A DNA stretch of 64,000 nt from an uncultured delta proteobacterium (GCA_963708295.1 CAVPSJ010000004.1:1-64000), one strand, 5' to 3'; counted from the stretch's first letter, positions 1 to 10,577 are shown. The notes: generated by a model not told the origin, from the sequence alone. Translations and numbers: made by a program.

Positions 1-728
1 AAAAGGAAACGGAACGGCCCCTCCAAAAGCATCAGGGCCGCCCGGTATGCTTCCGTGGTGGAAGTGAGGAGCACGGAGAGATCAATGCCGATCAAGAGGA
101 GGTCTAAGACGATACTCGCAACCAAAAATTTGCCGAGAGCATAAATGAGATCCCGATTGGGTTCCTTGTCTCTCAGGAGAATGAAGTCTTTTATAATCAC
201 GACCAGAATCATTAAAGCAAGTCCTGAAACCATGGCCGAGACAAGGAAAATGGGGGGCATGATGGCCGTATTCCAGAGCACCCTCGCCTTTCCAAGTGCC
301 AGGATGAATCCCGTGTACCCGTGAACCAGGAGTGCCAAAGGAATTCCGATGAGGCCGAAAATCTTCGTCCGCCGGAGGTCTCCTTTAAACATGAAATATC
401 CGTAAACCATACAATTCATCGGATAGAGACTCAGAAGAAATGTCCCCCAGGTGATGGGAGAAGTAATTCTCAGGTAGAGGATGAGGTGCCAGAACCGAAG
501 GGGTTGCTCCAGATCAATCAAGAGGATCATCGGGGCGATCATCAAGAGACAGGTAGCCATGACGACCCCTATCTTCCCCAGCGGTTTAAACTTGATCATT
601 CCGAATCCATAGGCCATGGTGGAGATGATAAAAGATCCTGCGCTCAACCCGGTCAGGTAGAAGTAGGTCGCGATCGGGATACCGAGAGGCATTTCATGCT
701 CGACGTTGTAGATAATATTTACGTCCAT
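1..728 (-). CDS. NrfD/PsrC-family polysulfide reductase membrane subunit (3' end outside the window)
   Basis: Hand translation from ATG 728: MDVNIIYNVEHEMPLGIPIATYFYLTGLSAGSFIIS...DLEQPLRFWHL...VHGYTGFIL...LWNTA. These are NrfD hallmarks. Overlaps the stop of the upstream 4Fe-4S gene. Confidence 0.9.
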   Translation of the reverse strand, partial: MDVNIIYNVEHEMPLGIPIATYFYLTGLSAGSFIISTMAYGFGMIKFKPLGKIGVVMATCLLMIAPMILLIDLEQPLRFWHLILYLRITSPITWGTFLLSLYPMNCMVYGYFMFKGDLRRTKIFGLIGIPLALLVHGYTGFILALGKARVLWNTAIMPPIFLVSAMVSGLALMILVVIIKDFILLRDKEPNRDLIYALGKFLVASIVLDLLLIGIDLSVLLTSTTEAYRAALMLLEGPFRFL

Positions 729-1327
729 TCTTCCCTCCCGGCAAAAGGATCCATCGCATCCAGATCGGCAGCGATATAGTAGACCTTCGGAAAAGTCCCC
801 ATCTCGGGCTTGAGCACCTGAAAGGGATGTTTTGAGATGAGTTTAGTGACCTCCTCTTCAGGATTGTTCAGATCGCCAAAAATCCTGGCTCTGGCAGGAC
901 AGGCCTCGACGCACGCGGGGTCAAGGCCTGCCTGGACCCGGTGATGACAGAAGTAGCACTTCTGGACGATAGGAATCAGGGGGTTGATATACCTCGCATT
1001 GTAAGGACAGGAGGCAAGGCAATACTTGCAGCCGATGCATCGGTGCTCGTCAATGATAACGATCCCATCTTCGCGTTTCCAAGTCGCCTGGACAGGACAG
1101 TTGATGACACACGGGGGGTGATCACATTGATTACACAGATTGGGGAGAAAGTGACGCGTCACATTGGGATACTTTCCTTTTTCGATCATCTTCACCCAAG
1201 AGCGATAGACTCCTATGGGAACGCGGTTCTCGGCCTTACAGGCGACCGAGCAGGTGTGGCAGCCGATGCAGCGCCGGAGATCGATCACCATCCCATACCT
1301 TTTCTGTTTGATCTCGCTCTTTTTCAT
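719..1327 (-). CDS. 4Fe-4S dicluster electron-transfer subunit (NrfC/PsrB/DmsB-like)
   Basis: YGMVIDLRRCIGCHTCSVAC, CNQCDHPPCVINCP, CIGCKYCLASCPY and KCYFC..PACVEACP motifs. Confidence 0.95.
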   Translation of the reverse strand: MKKSEIKQKRYGMVIDLRRCIGCHTCSVACKAENRVPIGVYRSWVKMIEKGKYPNVTRHFLPNLCNQCDHPPCVINCPVQATWKREDGIVIIDEHRCIGCKYCLASCPYNARYINPLIPIVQKCYFCHHRVQAGLDPACVEACPARARIFGDLNNPEEEVTKLISKHPFQVLKPEMGTFPKVYYIAADLDAMDPFAGREEWT

Positions 1328-1581
1328 CTCTTTTCGGGCTCAGTTTATTGATTTCAGGGTGTCTTGTCTATCGGCGAATTCACCTATATTTGAAAAGAAA
1401 TTTCCCTATTTTTGTGCGGCGTTTTACCTAAAGCGGCATCAGACCATTGGTGAACACACCCCTTTGCCCCTCCATCCTCTCCCCCGTCATACGGAAGACG
1501 AGTGCGCAGGGTCATTTTGTAGATTTTGGACTGGGTTTAAGGTTTGCTGGGCGATGAGAGGGGTTCAGGATATGTGTCATT

Positions 1582-2234
1582 TCAGAGTTTCGTGAGTCCG
1601 GATCGGATGGCATATTTGATGAGCCCCACCTTATCGTGGATATTCAGTTTCTCCATGATGTGGGTCTTGTGGGCTTCGACGGTCTTCTTGCTGATACAAA
1701 GGAGGTTGGAGATCTGAGGGACGGAGTTTCCTTCGGCGATCAATTGTAAAATCTCTCTCTCTCGACCGGAGAGGAGACCCTCAACCCCTTTTTCTCTCCT
1801 ACTTCTGCCTTCCGAATGTATTCTTCAATCACCATTTTCGAGATCGAGGGACTGAGGTAAGAATCGCCCTGGTAGACGGCCCGAAGGGCAGAGGTGAGAT
1901 CGTTCATGGCTGAATCTTTGATCAGGTAGCCGGAAGCGCCCGCTTTCAAGATCTGAAAAATCCACTCCTCATTGTCATACATCGTGAGGACGAGAATCTT
2001 CATGGAGGGGAATCGTCTTTTGATCTCACGGGTGGTTTCGAGTCCGTTGAGTTGCGGCATCCCGATATCCATTAAGATCACGTCGGGGCCGAGTTTCTTT
2101 GCCAATTCGATGGCCTCCAATCCATTGGAGGCTTCTCCGACCACCTCGATATCGCTTTCAGTCCCCAGGAGCGCAGCGATCCCCTGACGGACGATGGTGT
2201 GGTCCTCAGCCAGTAGCACTCGCATCTTTTTCAT
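1582..2234 (-). CDS. NarL/LuxR-family response regulator (apparent frameshift near 1785-1792)
   Basis: Receiver domain RVLLAEDH..DVILMDIGMP. The HTH continues in another frame as LSGREREILQLIAEGNSVPQISNLLCISKKTVEAHKTHIMEKL..., ending at TGA 1582-1584. The shift lies at a CCCC/TTTTTT run. Confidence 0.9.
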
Positions 2235-3693
2235 CTCCCTCTGCCATGCTTTCGTATGGAATCTCGATAGAAATGAGGGTTCCGAAACCGGGCCTTGATT
2301 GTATCTCCAACTGCCCTCCCAGGAGAGAGACCCTCTCCTGAATTCCCACAATGCCAAAGCCCCTTTCCGGGGTCTCCGGGTGCAACACCTTCTCCAGATC
2401 GAAACCCTTGCCATTGTCTTGAATGGAAGCGTAGATTCTCGAATCTCTCTTTACTAAGGAGACCTCAACCCGATCGGCCTGTGCATGTTTTGCAATATTG
2501 TTCAAGGCCTCTTGAACGATCCGGTAGAACGCCGTTTCAATTTGTGGTGAGAGCTTCTCCTCCAGCCCTATGGCCTCGAAGTTGGAGCAAACGTCGAGTC
2601 GGTTTGAAAAATTCTGGATATACCATCTCAATGTGGGGACCAAACCCAGGTCGTCCAGCATGGTGGGCCTGAGGTCCAGCGATAGCTGGCGCATGGCCGT
2701 GAGGATCTGACTCGACAAGGACTTAGCCTCCCCCAATCTCCCCCGGAGGAGGGAAGTTTGTTCGGGGAGGTCTTTATCGATCATTTCTAGGTTGAATTTG
2801 ATCGCATAAAGGGCCTGACCGATTTCGTCGTGAAGTTCCCGTGAAATTCGTCTCCGTTCGTTCTCCTGAGCCTCTATAATTTGGGAGAGATATTTCCGCT
2901 CCGACCTCATCTTTTCCGTCAGGGCCTTAGCCATCTGGTTAAAGGAGTCCGCTAACTGCGTAAATTCGTCGTCACTCTTGAAGCTGATCCTGCTCTTAAA
3001 ATCGCCTCGGCCGAAGAGAGAAGCAGCCTCGATGAAATGTTGGAGTTTCTTGATCACCAACTGATTCAACGCAATGCCAATGACGAAGGTGGAAACCCCG
3101 ATAGCAAAAAACAGAAGGAGCATGTTTTCCTTGAATTCCGCCTGGAGTTGACTTTCGATATTACTGAGGGTGAAATCGGTGACAAGGACTCCGGCAACTT
3201 TCTCTCCCGGGGGATGGCAGGAGAAGCATTCTTTCCGATTATAAATGGGATTAACGTTACGGAAGATTTTTTCTCCTTGGAGAGAAGAGTAAATCACGGT
3301 CTTATTGAGAGCCTTTGTCGTTCCATGGTGGCAAACCTGGCAGGTAGGATCACGGATATCGATAACTCTCCCCACATCCTTGTCATTGATGGAAACGACA
3401 ATCCGGCCGGTTCGGTTGAGGATGAAGATATTCTTCACATCCGGATATTGGCGCACCGCTTCAAGAATAGACTTCATCTCCTCCTTGTTTTTGGATAGCA
3501 TCGAACTTTTCAGAACGTCATTGACGATTTGAGTCAGGTGGGGGCTGACATTTTCCTGGAGATTCGTGATCATTTTTTTCCGGTGGTGAAAGTACTGGAC
3601 GACGAGGAGGATGGCCATGGTGAGCGTAAGCAGACCAATGAGCCCGAGAATGATCTTGAAGCGGAGGCCTTTATAAAACTTCACTTGTCCCAT
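2206..3693 (-). CDS. Membrane sensor histidine kinase (HisKA_3/NarX type) with two periplasmic CxxCH heme motifs and a HAMP domain
   Basis: Two TM segments; CQVCH and CFSCH; HAMP (DEFTQLADSFNQM); ERRRISRELHDEIGQ; DNGKGF. Confidence 0.92.
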   Translation of the reverse strand: MGQVKFYKGLRFKIILGLIGLLTLTMAILLVVQYFHHRKKMITNLQENVSPHLTQIVNDVLKSSMLSKNKEEMKSILEAVRQYPDVKNIFILNRTGRIVVSINDKDVGRVIDIRDPTCQVCHHGTTKALNKTVIYSSLQGEKIFRNVNPIYNRKECFSCHPPGEKVAGVLVTDFTLSNIESQLQAEFKENMLLLFFAIGVSTFVIGIALNQLVIKKLQHFIEAASLFGRGDFKSRISFKSDDEFTQLADSFNQMAKALTEKMRSERKYLSQIIEAQENERRRISRELHDEIGQALYAIKFNLEMIDKDLPEQTSLLRGRLGEAKSLSSQILTAMRQLSLDLRPTMLDDLGLVPTLRWYIQNFSNRLDVCSNFEAIGLEEKLSPQIETAFYRIVQEALNNIAKHAQADRVEVSLVKRDSRIYASIQDNGKGFDLEKVLHPETPERGFGIVGIQERVSLLGGQLEIQSRPGFGTLISIEIPYESMAEGDEKDASATG

Positions 3694-4113
3694 GGACTAT
3701 CCCATCTTTCTCGACCCGAGAAAGAAAAGAATAAGGAGACGAAACGGACTTTAGATATCCGCAATATGAAATTTTTGATGGAAGTCCAGCAGACAATTAT
3801 TCATCTATCCTGGAAGCGTTTCTCCCAGGATCACTCGGAATTCCCCCCTTCTTAAGATCGGTTGAATTCACGAGTCGTGTGGGCAAACCCCTTTCCCCGG
3901 GGACTTTTTAACCCAATGGACATCCTGTGTCAAGAAACAGCGGCTTCCTGTGAAAAACTTCTCGCCGCCCTGCGGTATGTCTCGCAGTGAGATGCGCAAA
4001 TAATCTCCTCCCGGCTCTGCAAGAAATGGCCTAACGGCCCATTTTTCATTTGATTAATTTGTTTTTATAAGCTATTAAATTATTCATTACATACATAAAA
4101 GGGAGACATTTTG

Positions 4114-4728
4114 ATGAAAAAAGAGACTGTCATTCTGATCGTGGTGATTGCATTTCTTGTTGGATTTATCGCGGGGGCAACCGTTGCAATCCTTAGAGGG
4201 ACAAAAGGAGCAGAAAAGGCTGCCATGGTCCAAAAACCCCAAATGGCACCGCCGGGCGCTCCGGCATCTGCTCCTCCTGCCCGGGATTCTTTGGCGGCAG
4301 CTTCTGAGATTCAGACGCTGAAGGAGGTCGTCAAGAAAGATCCGAAAAACCTTCCGGCCTGGGTGGAATTAGGAAATCTATATTTCGACACGGACCAGCC
4401 CAAAGAGGCCATTGACGCCTATAGCCATTATCTCGCCGTTAAACCCGATAACCCGGATGTGCGGACCGACCTGGGGATCATGTACAGAAAATTAGGACAA
4501 TTTGATAAGGCTCTCGATGAGTTCAGGAAGGCGGCCCAAAGCGATCCAAAGCATGTCAACAGCCGGTATAACATCGGCCTCGTCCTTCTTCATGACAAAC
4601 AAGATATTCAGGGAGCTGTCAAAGCATGGGAAGAATACTTGAAAGTGGATCCGAACAGTGAAAGGGGCAAACGAATAAGAGCTCAAATCGAGAAGATGAA
4701 ATCAATGCCTGCACCGCCGGCAAAATAA
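4114..4728 (+). CDS. Membrane-anchored TPR protein (cytochrome c biogenesis factor-like)
   Basis: N-terminal TM, Pro/Ala linker, TPR repeats (AWVELGNLYFD, VRTDLGIMY, SRYNIGLVLL). Confidence 0.85.
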   Translation: MKKETVILIVVIAFLVGFIAGATVAILRGTKGAEKAAMVQKPQMAPPGAPASAPPARDSLAAASEIQTLKEVVKKDPKNLPAWVELGNLYFDTDQPKEAIDAYSHYLAVKPDNPDVRTDLGIMYRKLGQFDKALDEFRKAAQSDPKHVNSRYNIGLVLLHDKQDIQGAVKAWEEYLKVDPNSERGKRIRAQIEKMKSMPAPPAK

Positions 4729-4770
4729 ATTTCCTCTACGGGGAGAGGTGGGACGCAGGATGGTAGCGTG

Positions 4771-4926
4771 ATGGAAGCCGAGAAAGAAGATGACCTCCAA
4801 GAAGTGAAGGAATTGTTTAAGGAAGGTCTAAAAAAGATCCTCCAGGCTACCCAAAAGGCTTCTGAGAAGGTTGTCGAAGGTTTCCGAGAAGGGTATGCGG
4901 AAGACGTCACCAAGAAAGAGAAATAG
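4771..4926 (+). CDS. Small hypothetical helical protein (51 aa)
   Basis: MEAEKEDDLQEVKELFKEGLKKILQATQKASEKVVEGFREGYAEDVTKKEK*, below the ORF-track cutoff. Confidence 0.55.
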   Translation: MEAEKEDDLQEVKELFKEGLKKILQATQKASEKVVEGFREGYAEDVTKKEK

Positions 4927-5117
4927 ACGCTGCTCTTTCCAAACTTCCAGATAAGAGTCAGATTCCGATCTCTCTCATGATGAAACCATCATCCCAAAGC
5001 AAAAAGCTGCGCGAAGCCCGCTTTGCAGGACGGAGGCAGGGACTTTTTTGATCAGTCTGAAAAAAATGAGTCTTTAACAGGCTCTGAAGATGTCATCCCA
5101 AGAGCGTCTTCATATTC

Positions 5118-6770
5118 ATGAAGGGGTCCCCTGTGAATGAAGAAACAATAGAAACGGATGTCTTGTGTGTCGGTGGAGGAATCGCGGGTCTCATGGCAGC
5201 CATACGAGCCAGAGAGGTGGGGGCGAACGTGGTCCTCGTCGATAAGGCGAATACTCTGCGCAGCGGTTCTGCGGGAACCGGTGTCGACCACTTCCGTGCC
5301 TACATACCGGAATTTCATGGCCCAGACATAGAGCCCGTGGTCCAGGAGGTATGGCATTCACAGGCAGGCTGGACTAGGCCAAAGGAATTCGTGCGCACCT
5401 GGATGGAGAGGTCCTTTGAGATTGCCAAACTGTGGGAGGACTGGGGGATTCCCATGAAGTACAAAGGAAAATGGGAATTTGCAGGGCACACCTTCCCCGG
5501 ACGGCCTTTCACCGGTTTGAAGTTCTCCGGACAGAATCTGAAGCCGATTCTCACCCGGGAAGCCCGAAAAAGAGGCGTGGAGATTATCAATCGAACGATG
5601 GTTTTCGATCTTCTTCGAAAAGGGGGGATCGCCGGGGCGATCGGTGTGGATACCCGCGCGGACCGTTTGACCACCTTTTTGGCGAAGAGCGTTGTTCTGG
5701 GAACTGGCGGGTGCGTGAGACTCTATTCCGCAACCACGCCGGGTTGGATGTTCAATCGTGCAGACTCTCCACATACGACCGGAGACGGCAGGGCCATGGC
5801 TTACCGGGCAGGAGCGGAACTGGTCAATATGGAGGTCCCCATGCGGTGGGCCGGTCCTAAATACTTCGCCAGATGCGGGAAGGGAACTTGGGTGGGTGTT
5901 CTTCGAGATCCTGAAGACAGACCCGTGGGTCCCTTTGTGAAAAAACCGAATCGACGATATGGGGATCCTATTTCGGATTCGTATAAGTCTCTTTTTGAAG
6001 ACTACACCCGATCGGGCAAGGGTCCCGTTTACATGGACTGCAGGTCCATTTTGCCCGAGGATTATCAGTATATGATGTATTGGATGAGCCATGAGGGAAA
6101 TACAGGCTTATTGGGTCATCTGAAGGAGCAAGGGATCGACCTCCGAAAGAATCCGGTCGAATTCATGACGTATGAAATGACCACCCGGGGAGGAATCTAC
6201 TTCAACCATCAGGCAGAAACCTCCTTAAAAGGACTTTATGCCGCGGGGGATGAGTATTTTGGGGGTGCTTCTTGTGCAGCGACGTTCGGCTGGATTGCTG
6301 GTGAGAACGCTGCTCATTATGCCAAAAATGTCAAAGGCCGCACGATTCGCCAAGGGGAGGGTGTGGCGAAGAAGAAGGCCTTCCTGGATGAGATCCGAGG
6401 GCGTGAGACAGGAGAAACCTGGCAAGAGGTGAATATTGCCCTCAATCAAACCATGGTCGACTATGCAGGATCAACCCGGTATGAAAGCCTGCTGGAGGCA
6501 GGGAGCAGTCACTTACAGAGACTGAAAAAGAAGGCCCGTGGGAACCTGACGGCAAGGAACCAACACGAGCTGATGCATTGTCTGGAAGTTTTGAACCTGC
6601 TCGACCTCGGCGAAGTCATCTTTGCGGCTGTTCGCCAGAGAGAGGAAACAAGGGAAAAATATGCCCGTCTGGATTATCCCTTCACGAACCCCATGTTCGA
6701 CGGGAAAATTCTGATCTGTAAGAAAAAGGGGAGCAAGCTGGTCACCGAGTGGAGAGAGGTAAAGGGATAG
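5118..6770 (+). CDS. FAD-dependent oxidoreductase, AprA/SdhA/NadB superfamily (AprA-like)
   Basis: DVLCVGGGIAG, KANTLRSGS, TGDGRAMAYRAGAELVNME, GLYAAGD, REETR..RLDYP. Confidence 0.9.
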   Translation: MKGSPVNEETIETDVLCVGGGIAGLMAAIRAREVGANVVLVDKANTLRSGSAGTGVDHFRAYIPEFHGPDIEPVVQEVWHSQAGWTRPKEFVRTWMERSFEIAKLWEDWGIPMKYKGKWEFAGHTFPGRPFTGLKFSGQNLKPILTREARKRGVEIINRTMVFDLLRKGGIAGAIGVDTRADRLTTFLAKSVVLGTGGCVRLYSATTPGWMFNRADSPHTTGDGRAMAYRAGAELVNMEVPMRWAGPKYFARCGKGTWVGVLRDPEDRPVGPFVKKPNRRYGDPISDSYKSLFEDYTRSGKGPVYMDCRSILPEDYQYMMYWMSHEGNTGLLGHLKEQGIDLRKNPVEFMTYEMTTRGGIYFNHQAETSLKGLYAAGDEYFGGASCAATFGWIAGENAAHYAKNVKGRTIRQGEGVAKKKAFLDEIRGRETGETWQEVNIALNQTMVDYAGSTRYESLLEAGSSHLQRLKKKARGNLTARNQHELMHCLEVLNLLDLGEVIFAAVRQREETREKYARLDYPFTNPMFDGKILICKKKGSKLVTEWREVKG

Positions 6771-6783
6771 AGGGAGAAAGACG

Positions 6784-6999
6784 ATGCCTCCGATCATTGA
6801 CAAGAATCGATGCATTGCTTGTGGGGTCTGTGCTAACATTTGTCCTCAGGATGTATTCTTTGGCTCGAAGAGGAATACGGTGCCCAGGGTCACGTATCCC
6901 GAAGAGTGCTGGCATTGCAATGCCTGCGTGATGGACTGTCCCAAAGAAGGTGCCATCCGGCTAAGAATTCCAACACCCATGTTCATTTGTCATAAATAA
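6784..6999 (+). CDS. AprB-like 2x[4Fe-4S] ferredoxin
   Basis: CIACGVCANICP and YPEECWHCNACVMDCP; lies directly after the flavoprotein. Confidence 0.92.
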   Translation: MPPIIDKNRCIACGVCANICPQDVFFGSKRNTVPRVTYPEECWHCNACVMDCPKEGAIRLRIPTPMFICHK

Positions 7000-7123
7000 C
7001 CTAAGATCGCATTGAATTCGGCGGTTGGGTGTGCTTCCCAACCTTTACCAAGCATCCCAGCGCACCCAACTGTTTTGAAACTTTATACCAGACAAAGAAA
7101 CGATTTTGCGGAGGTGAGAAAGC

Positions 7124-8128
7124 ATGGCTGATTTTATCGTCGATACCCATCATCATTTTCTTCCTTCAGAGGCCGTCAAGTATGCAAAAAAGACGGACGA
7201 TGGAGATTACACATTCATTCTTAAACGATTTTCCGCAGCTTCCACGTTGATGCAGGACGTCGAAAAGACATTAGCTTATATGGAGGCCTGTGGGATCCAC
7301 ATGGCTCTTCTGAGCATGGGTGCCTGGATCCCGAATGGTCTGGAGACGTGCCGGGCGATTAACGACGGTTACGCCAAGATTCAGAAGGAGCACCCCGGCA
7401 AGTTTATTACCTGCGCGCATGTTCCTGTCCACCAGGGGGCCGAGGCCATGGACGAGTTGAAAAGATCGATGGAGGTTCTCGGGCTCCAGGGTGTTGCCCT
7501 GATCACGTCTTATTCTCACATGACGATTGACGCTGATGAAATGATGCCGTTCTACGAAAGAATCAGTGCTTACCCGGTCCCTCTCGTGGTTCATCCGACC
7601 TTAAGGCGGCCCCTCTGGGGAGGTGTGAAATATGACCTGTCGACCACTCTCTCCAGAGAATATGAGATCGCAAAGTGCGTGGTGGAAATCCTCTATGGAG
7701 TCATTCCCAGGTACCCTGATTTGAAATTCCTCGTCTCCCACTTCGGAGGAGGGATGCCTTTTCTAAAATGGAGGCTCCTGTCTTCCCATCAGCCCGAGGG
7801 ATGGAATCTTCCGGAAGGGTTGAAAGGCCATGGTCTCACGCCTAGAGAGTTGAAGGAATGGGGATTGTGGGATGACTTTCATAGCCGGTTTGATAAGATC
7901 TATTTTGATTCGGCAGGATTCGGAGGCTCCACGGTGGTCCTGCGAGCCTCCATCGATGGAACCAGACGAGACCGCGTTACCTTTGGTACCGATTATCCCT
8001 ATGAATTCCGGGACTCCAGGGATACCCGAGAGTACATTGCCGGAGTGAAGTCTTTGGACATTCCTGAAGAAGAGAAAAGGAATATTCTTGGTGAAAATGT
8101 GTTGAGACTTTTCAAAATGAAGAAATGA
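7124..8128 (+). CDS. Amidohydrolase-2 family (ACMSD/decarboxylase-like)
   Basis: VDTHHH, VHP, SHFGGG and FGTDYP motifs. Confidence 0.9.
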   Translation: MADFIVDTHHHFLPSEAVKYAKKTDDGDYTFILKRFSAASTLMQDVEKTLAYMEACGIHMALLSMGAWIPNGLETCRAINDGYAKIQKEHPGKFITCAHVPVHQGAEAMDELKRSMEVLGLQGVALITSYSHMTIDADEMMPFYERISAYPVPLVVHPTLRRPLWGGVKYDLSTTLSREYEIAKCVVEILYGVIPRYPDLKFLVSHFGGGMPFLKWRLLSSHQPEGWNLPEGLKGHGLTPRELKEWGLWDDFHSRFDKIYFDSAGFGGSTVVLRASIDGTRRDRVTFGTDYPYEFRDSRDTREYIAGVKSLDIPEEEKRNILGENVLRLFKMKK

Positions 8129-8153
8129 CGTAAAGCAAAAGGAGGAGGGCCCT

Positions 8154-9131
8154 ATGAAAAAGATTACCGCACGTTTGTTGGCGGGATGGATCATTCTCGG
8201 TTTTTCAACGATCCTCGTTTCCTCATCTTATGCCCAGACTTTTCCCAGCCAGCCCGTTCATATGGTGATCACCTTGGCTCCCGGGGACACACTCGACTTA
8301 ACGGGCAGGGCGATCAGCGCAGAAATGTCCAAAATTCTGGCCACCCCGGTTATTCCGGTGAACAAGACCGGGGGAGCGGGAACGGTAGGTGCGGATTTTG
8401 TGGCAAAAGGGAAGAAGGACGGCTACACCATTCTTTATATCAATTCCAACATTATTTACTCATATGCATCGAATCCGGAAAACGTTCCGTACAATCCCTT
8501 TCAGGATTTGGAACCCTTATGCCTGGCGGTCTCCGTCCCGCTGCTCCTTGCCGTACAGCCCGAATCTCCCTGGAAGTCTTTTCAGGAGCTGGTCAGCTAC
8601 ATGAAGCAAAACCCGGGAAAGATCCGGGGGAGTTCGACGGGGGTGGGCTCGGTAGGCCACTTCGGCTATGAGGTCATTCGAGCGGAGACGGGGGCGGAGA
8701 TCAATATGATCCCTTACAAAGGGGCCTCTCCGGGGTTAACAGCCCTTTTAGGCGGACATGTGGAGGTGGCCATTCCTTCTTTTGCATTGGTTCAACCGCA
8801 GCTTCAGGCCGGCAAAGTCCGCATTCTCCTGACCTCCAAGAAAATTCCCGACTATCCCCAGATTCCAACACTGACCCAGCTAGGATACAAACGTGACATG
8901 TCCTCGGTCTGGTTCGGATTCTTTGTTCCCGCCGGGGTTCCCGATTCTGTGAAGAATCTTCTGATCTCGGCGCTGGAGAAATCGATTAAGTCCAATGACG
9001 TGGCCAAAACCGTCAAGACTCTTGGAGCTTTGGAGGATTACAAACCGACGGGGGAGTTCAAGAAGGCGATGAGGGAAGAGTACGACATCGTCAAGAATCT
9101 TCTTCAGGCCGCCACTTCTCCCGCGAAGTAG
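8154..9131 (+). CDS. Bug/TctC tripartite tricarboxylate transporter substrate-binding protein
   Basis: Signal peptide, FPSQPV, NKTGGAGTVG, DGYTI, IPYKGASP, LLGGHV. Confidence 0.92.
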   Translation: MKKITARLLAGWIILGFSTILVSSSYAQTFPSQPVHMVITLAPGDTLDLTGRAISAEMSKILATPVIPVNKTGGAGTVGADFVAKGKKDGYTILYINSNIIYSYASNPENVPYNPFQDLEPLCLAVSVPLLLAVQPESPWKSFQELVSYMKQNPGKIRGSSTGVGSVGHFGYEVIRAETGAEINMIPYKGASPGLTALLGGHVEVAIPSFALVQPQLQAGKVRILLTSKKIPDYPQIPTLTQLGYKRDMSSVWFGFFVPAGVPDSVKNLLISALEKSIKSNDVAKTVKTLGALEDYKPTGEFKKAMREEYDIVKNLLQAATSPAK

Positions 9132-9134
9132 CCT

Positions 9135-10577
9135 TTATTTCATCAGTCCCACCTGCACGTTCCTAAACCTGGCGGGGGCTGCACCGTGTCCTACATGGGC
9201 CACCTGCCCGGGCTCTCCTTTTCCACAGTTTGGGGTCCCCCACATCTGCCAGTGATCTTTATCCGCAATGGCATCACAAGAATTCCAAAAATTGGGGGTG
9301 ATTCCCGTATAGGTAGGGTTTTTGATCATCTCACCCAGTTTACCGTTCTTGATTTCCCAGCCGACTTCAGTTCCAAACTGGAAATTAATCCTCTTGTCAT
9401 CGATCGACCAACTTCGATTAGTCGTTAAGAAAAGCCCCTCTTCCGTATCGGCGATCATCTGATCGAACGTCCATTCACCGGGTTCCAGATTGATGTTCGT
9501 CATCCGGATCAAGGGAATTCGATTCCAGCCATCCCCTCTCATTGTCCCATTGCTTTCTCCTCCCAGGTGGTGAGCCGTCTCCCTCGACGTCAAGAGGTTT
9601 ACCAACATCCCCCGGGAAATAATGGGAACTCGCTGAGCCCTGATCCCTTCGTCGTCATAACCGAAAGTCCCCAACCCGCCGGGATAAGTGGCATCGGCAA
9701 CGATATTCACCCGCTCTGAGCCATATTTAAAATGTCCCACCATCTCCGGTTTTAAGAAACTGGTGCCCGCATAACTGGCTTCGGTCCCGAGAATTCGATC
9801 GAGCTCAATGGGATGGCCGATCGATTCATGAATCTGAAGGGCCAGCTGTGAACTATCTAATATCAACGTGGTGGTCTTCGAAGGGCAAGGTTTTGCTTTG
9901 AGAAGGTGCGAGGCCTCCTCCGCCACCTTCTCTGCTCGGTCGGCAAGGGCCAGCCTTTCAATCCACTCATACCCCCGCGTCGCAAAATTCCCTCGAAAAG
10001 AGTTGGGGTAGGAACGGACCTGAACTTCATCCCCATCAATGGCAGTCGCCGCGATCCCTGCCCCGCATTCAACAATCTCCTGCTCGATATAGGACCCGTC
10101 CGTAGACGCGAAGGTCTTCTCTATTTTGTAAGAGCCCATAAAAGTCTCTGAGATCTTTACCTGCTTATTTCTCCGGAGAATCTCATCGGCTTGAAGAAGA
10201 AGATTTATTTTCGTTTCCGGTGCAACCTGAAATGGATCGATAGAAATCGGGGTCCTATAACGATCCGTTACCGGAGGGGTAGATGGGAATAGAACATCCT
10301 TCCCCTTGGCCTTTGAGCTGGCCCTGGCAATCTTCAGCGCTTTCCCGAAAACGGCTTCCATCTCCCTCCGGGTCACTTTCGAGCTGCAGGCGAATCCCCA
10401 GCTCCCTTGGGAGAGAACCCTGATTCCGAAGCCGAAATCCTCGTCGTGGATCAAAGCCTCTACCTTCCCATTCTTCACTTCAATCTCCTCGCTTTGACGA
10501 CGAACGATTCGAATGTCCGCGTATGGAACCTTTTTCAACTTCGCCATATCAAGAATATTCCGGATAAGTTCTTTCAT
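9135..10577 (-). CDS. tldD: TldD metalloprotease
   Basis: HESIGHPIELD metal motif, YDDEG, RMTN, CGKGEPGQ. Confidence 0.93.
   Translation of the reverse strand: MKELIRNILDMAKLKKVPYADIRIVRRQSEEIEVKNGKVEALIHDEDFGFGIRVLSQGSWGFACSSKVTRREMEAVFGKALKIARASSKAKGKDVLFPSTPPVTDRYRTPISIDPFQVAPETKINLLLQADEILRRNKQVKISETFMGSYKIEKTFASTDGSYIEQEIVECGAGIAATAIDGDEVQVRSYPNSFRGNFATRGYEWIERLALADRAEKVAEEASHLLKAKPCPSKTTTLILDSSQLALQIHESIGHPIELDRILGTEASYAGTSFLKPEMVGHFKYGSERVNIVADATYPGGLGTFGYDDEGIRAQRVPIISRGMLVNLLTSRETAHHLGGESNGTMRGDGWNRIPLIRMTNINLEPGEWTFDQMIADTEEGLFLTTNRSWSIDDKRINFQFGTEVGWEIKNGKLGEMIKNPTYTGITPNFWNSCDAIADKDHWQMWGTPNCGKGEPGQVAHVGHGAAPARFRNVQVGLMK

Noticed and set aside
3875-3950. GGGCAAACC...GGGGAC resembling a c-di-GMP-I riboswitch
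   Set aside because: Lacks the GNRA tetraloop, the GCAAA junction and a convincing P2 stem.
5118-6999. Calling this dissimilatory aprAB
   Set aside because: The subunits are shorter, there is no sat/qmo context, and the neighbours are catabolic genes.
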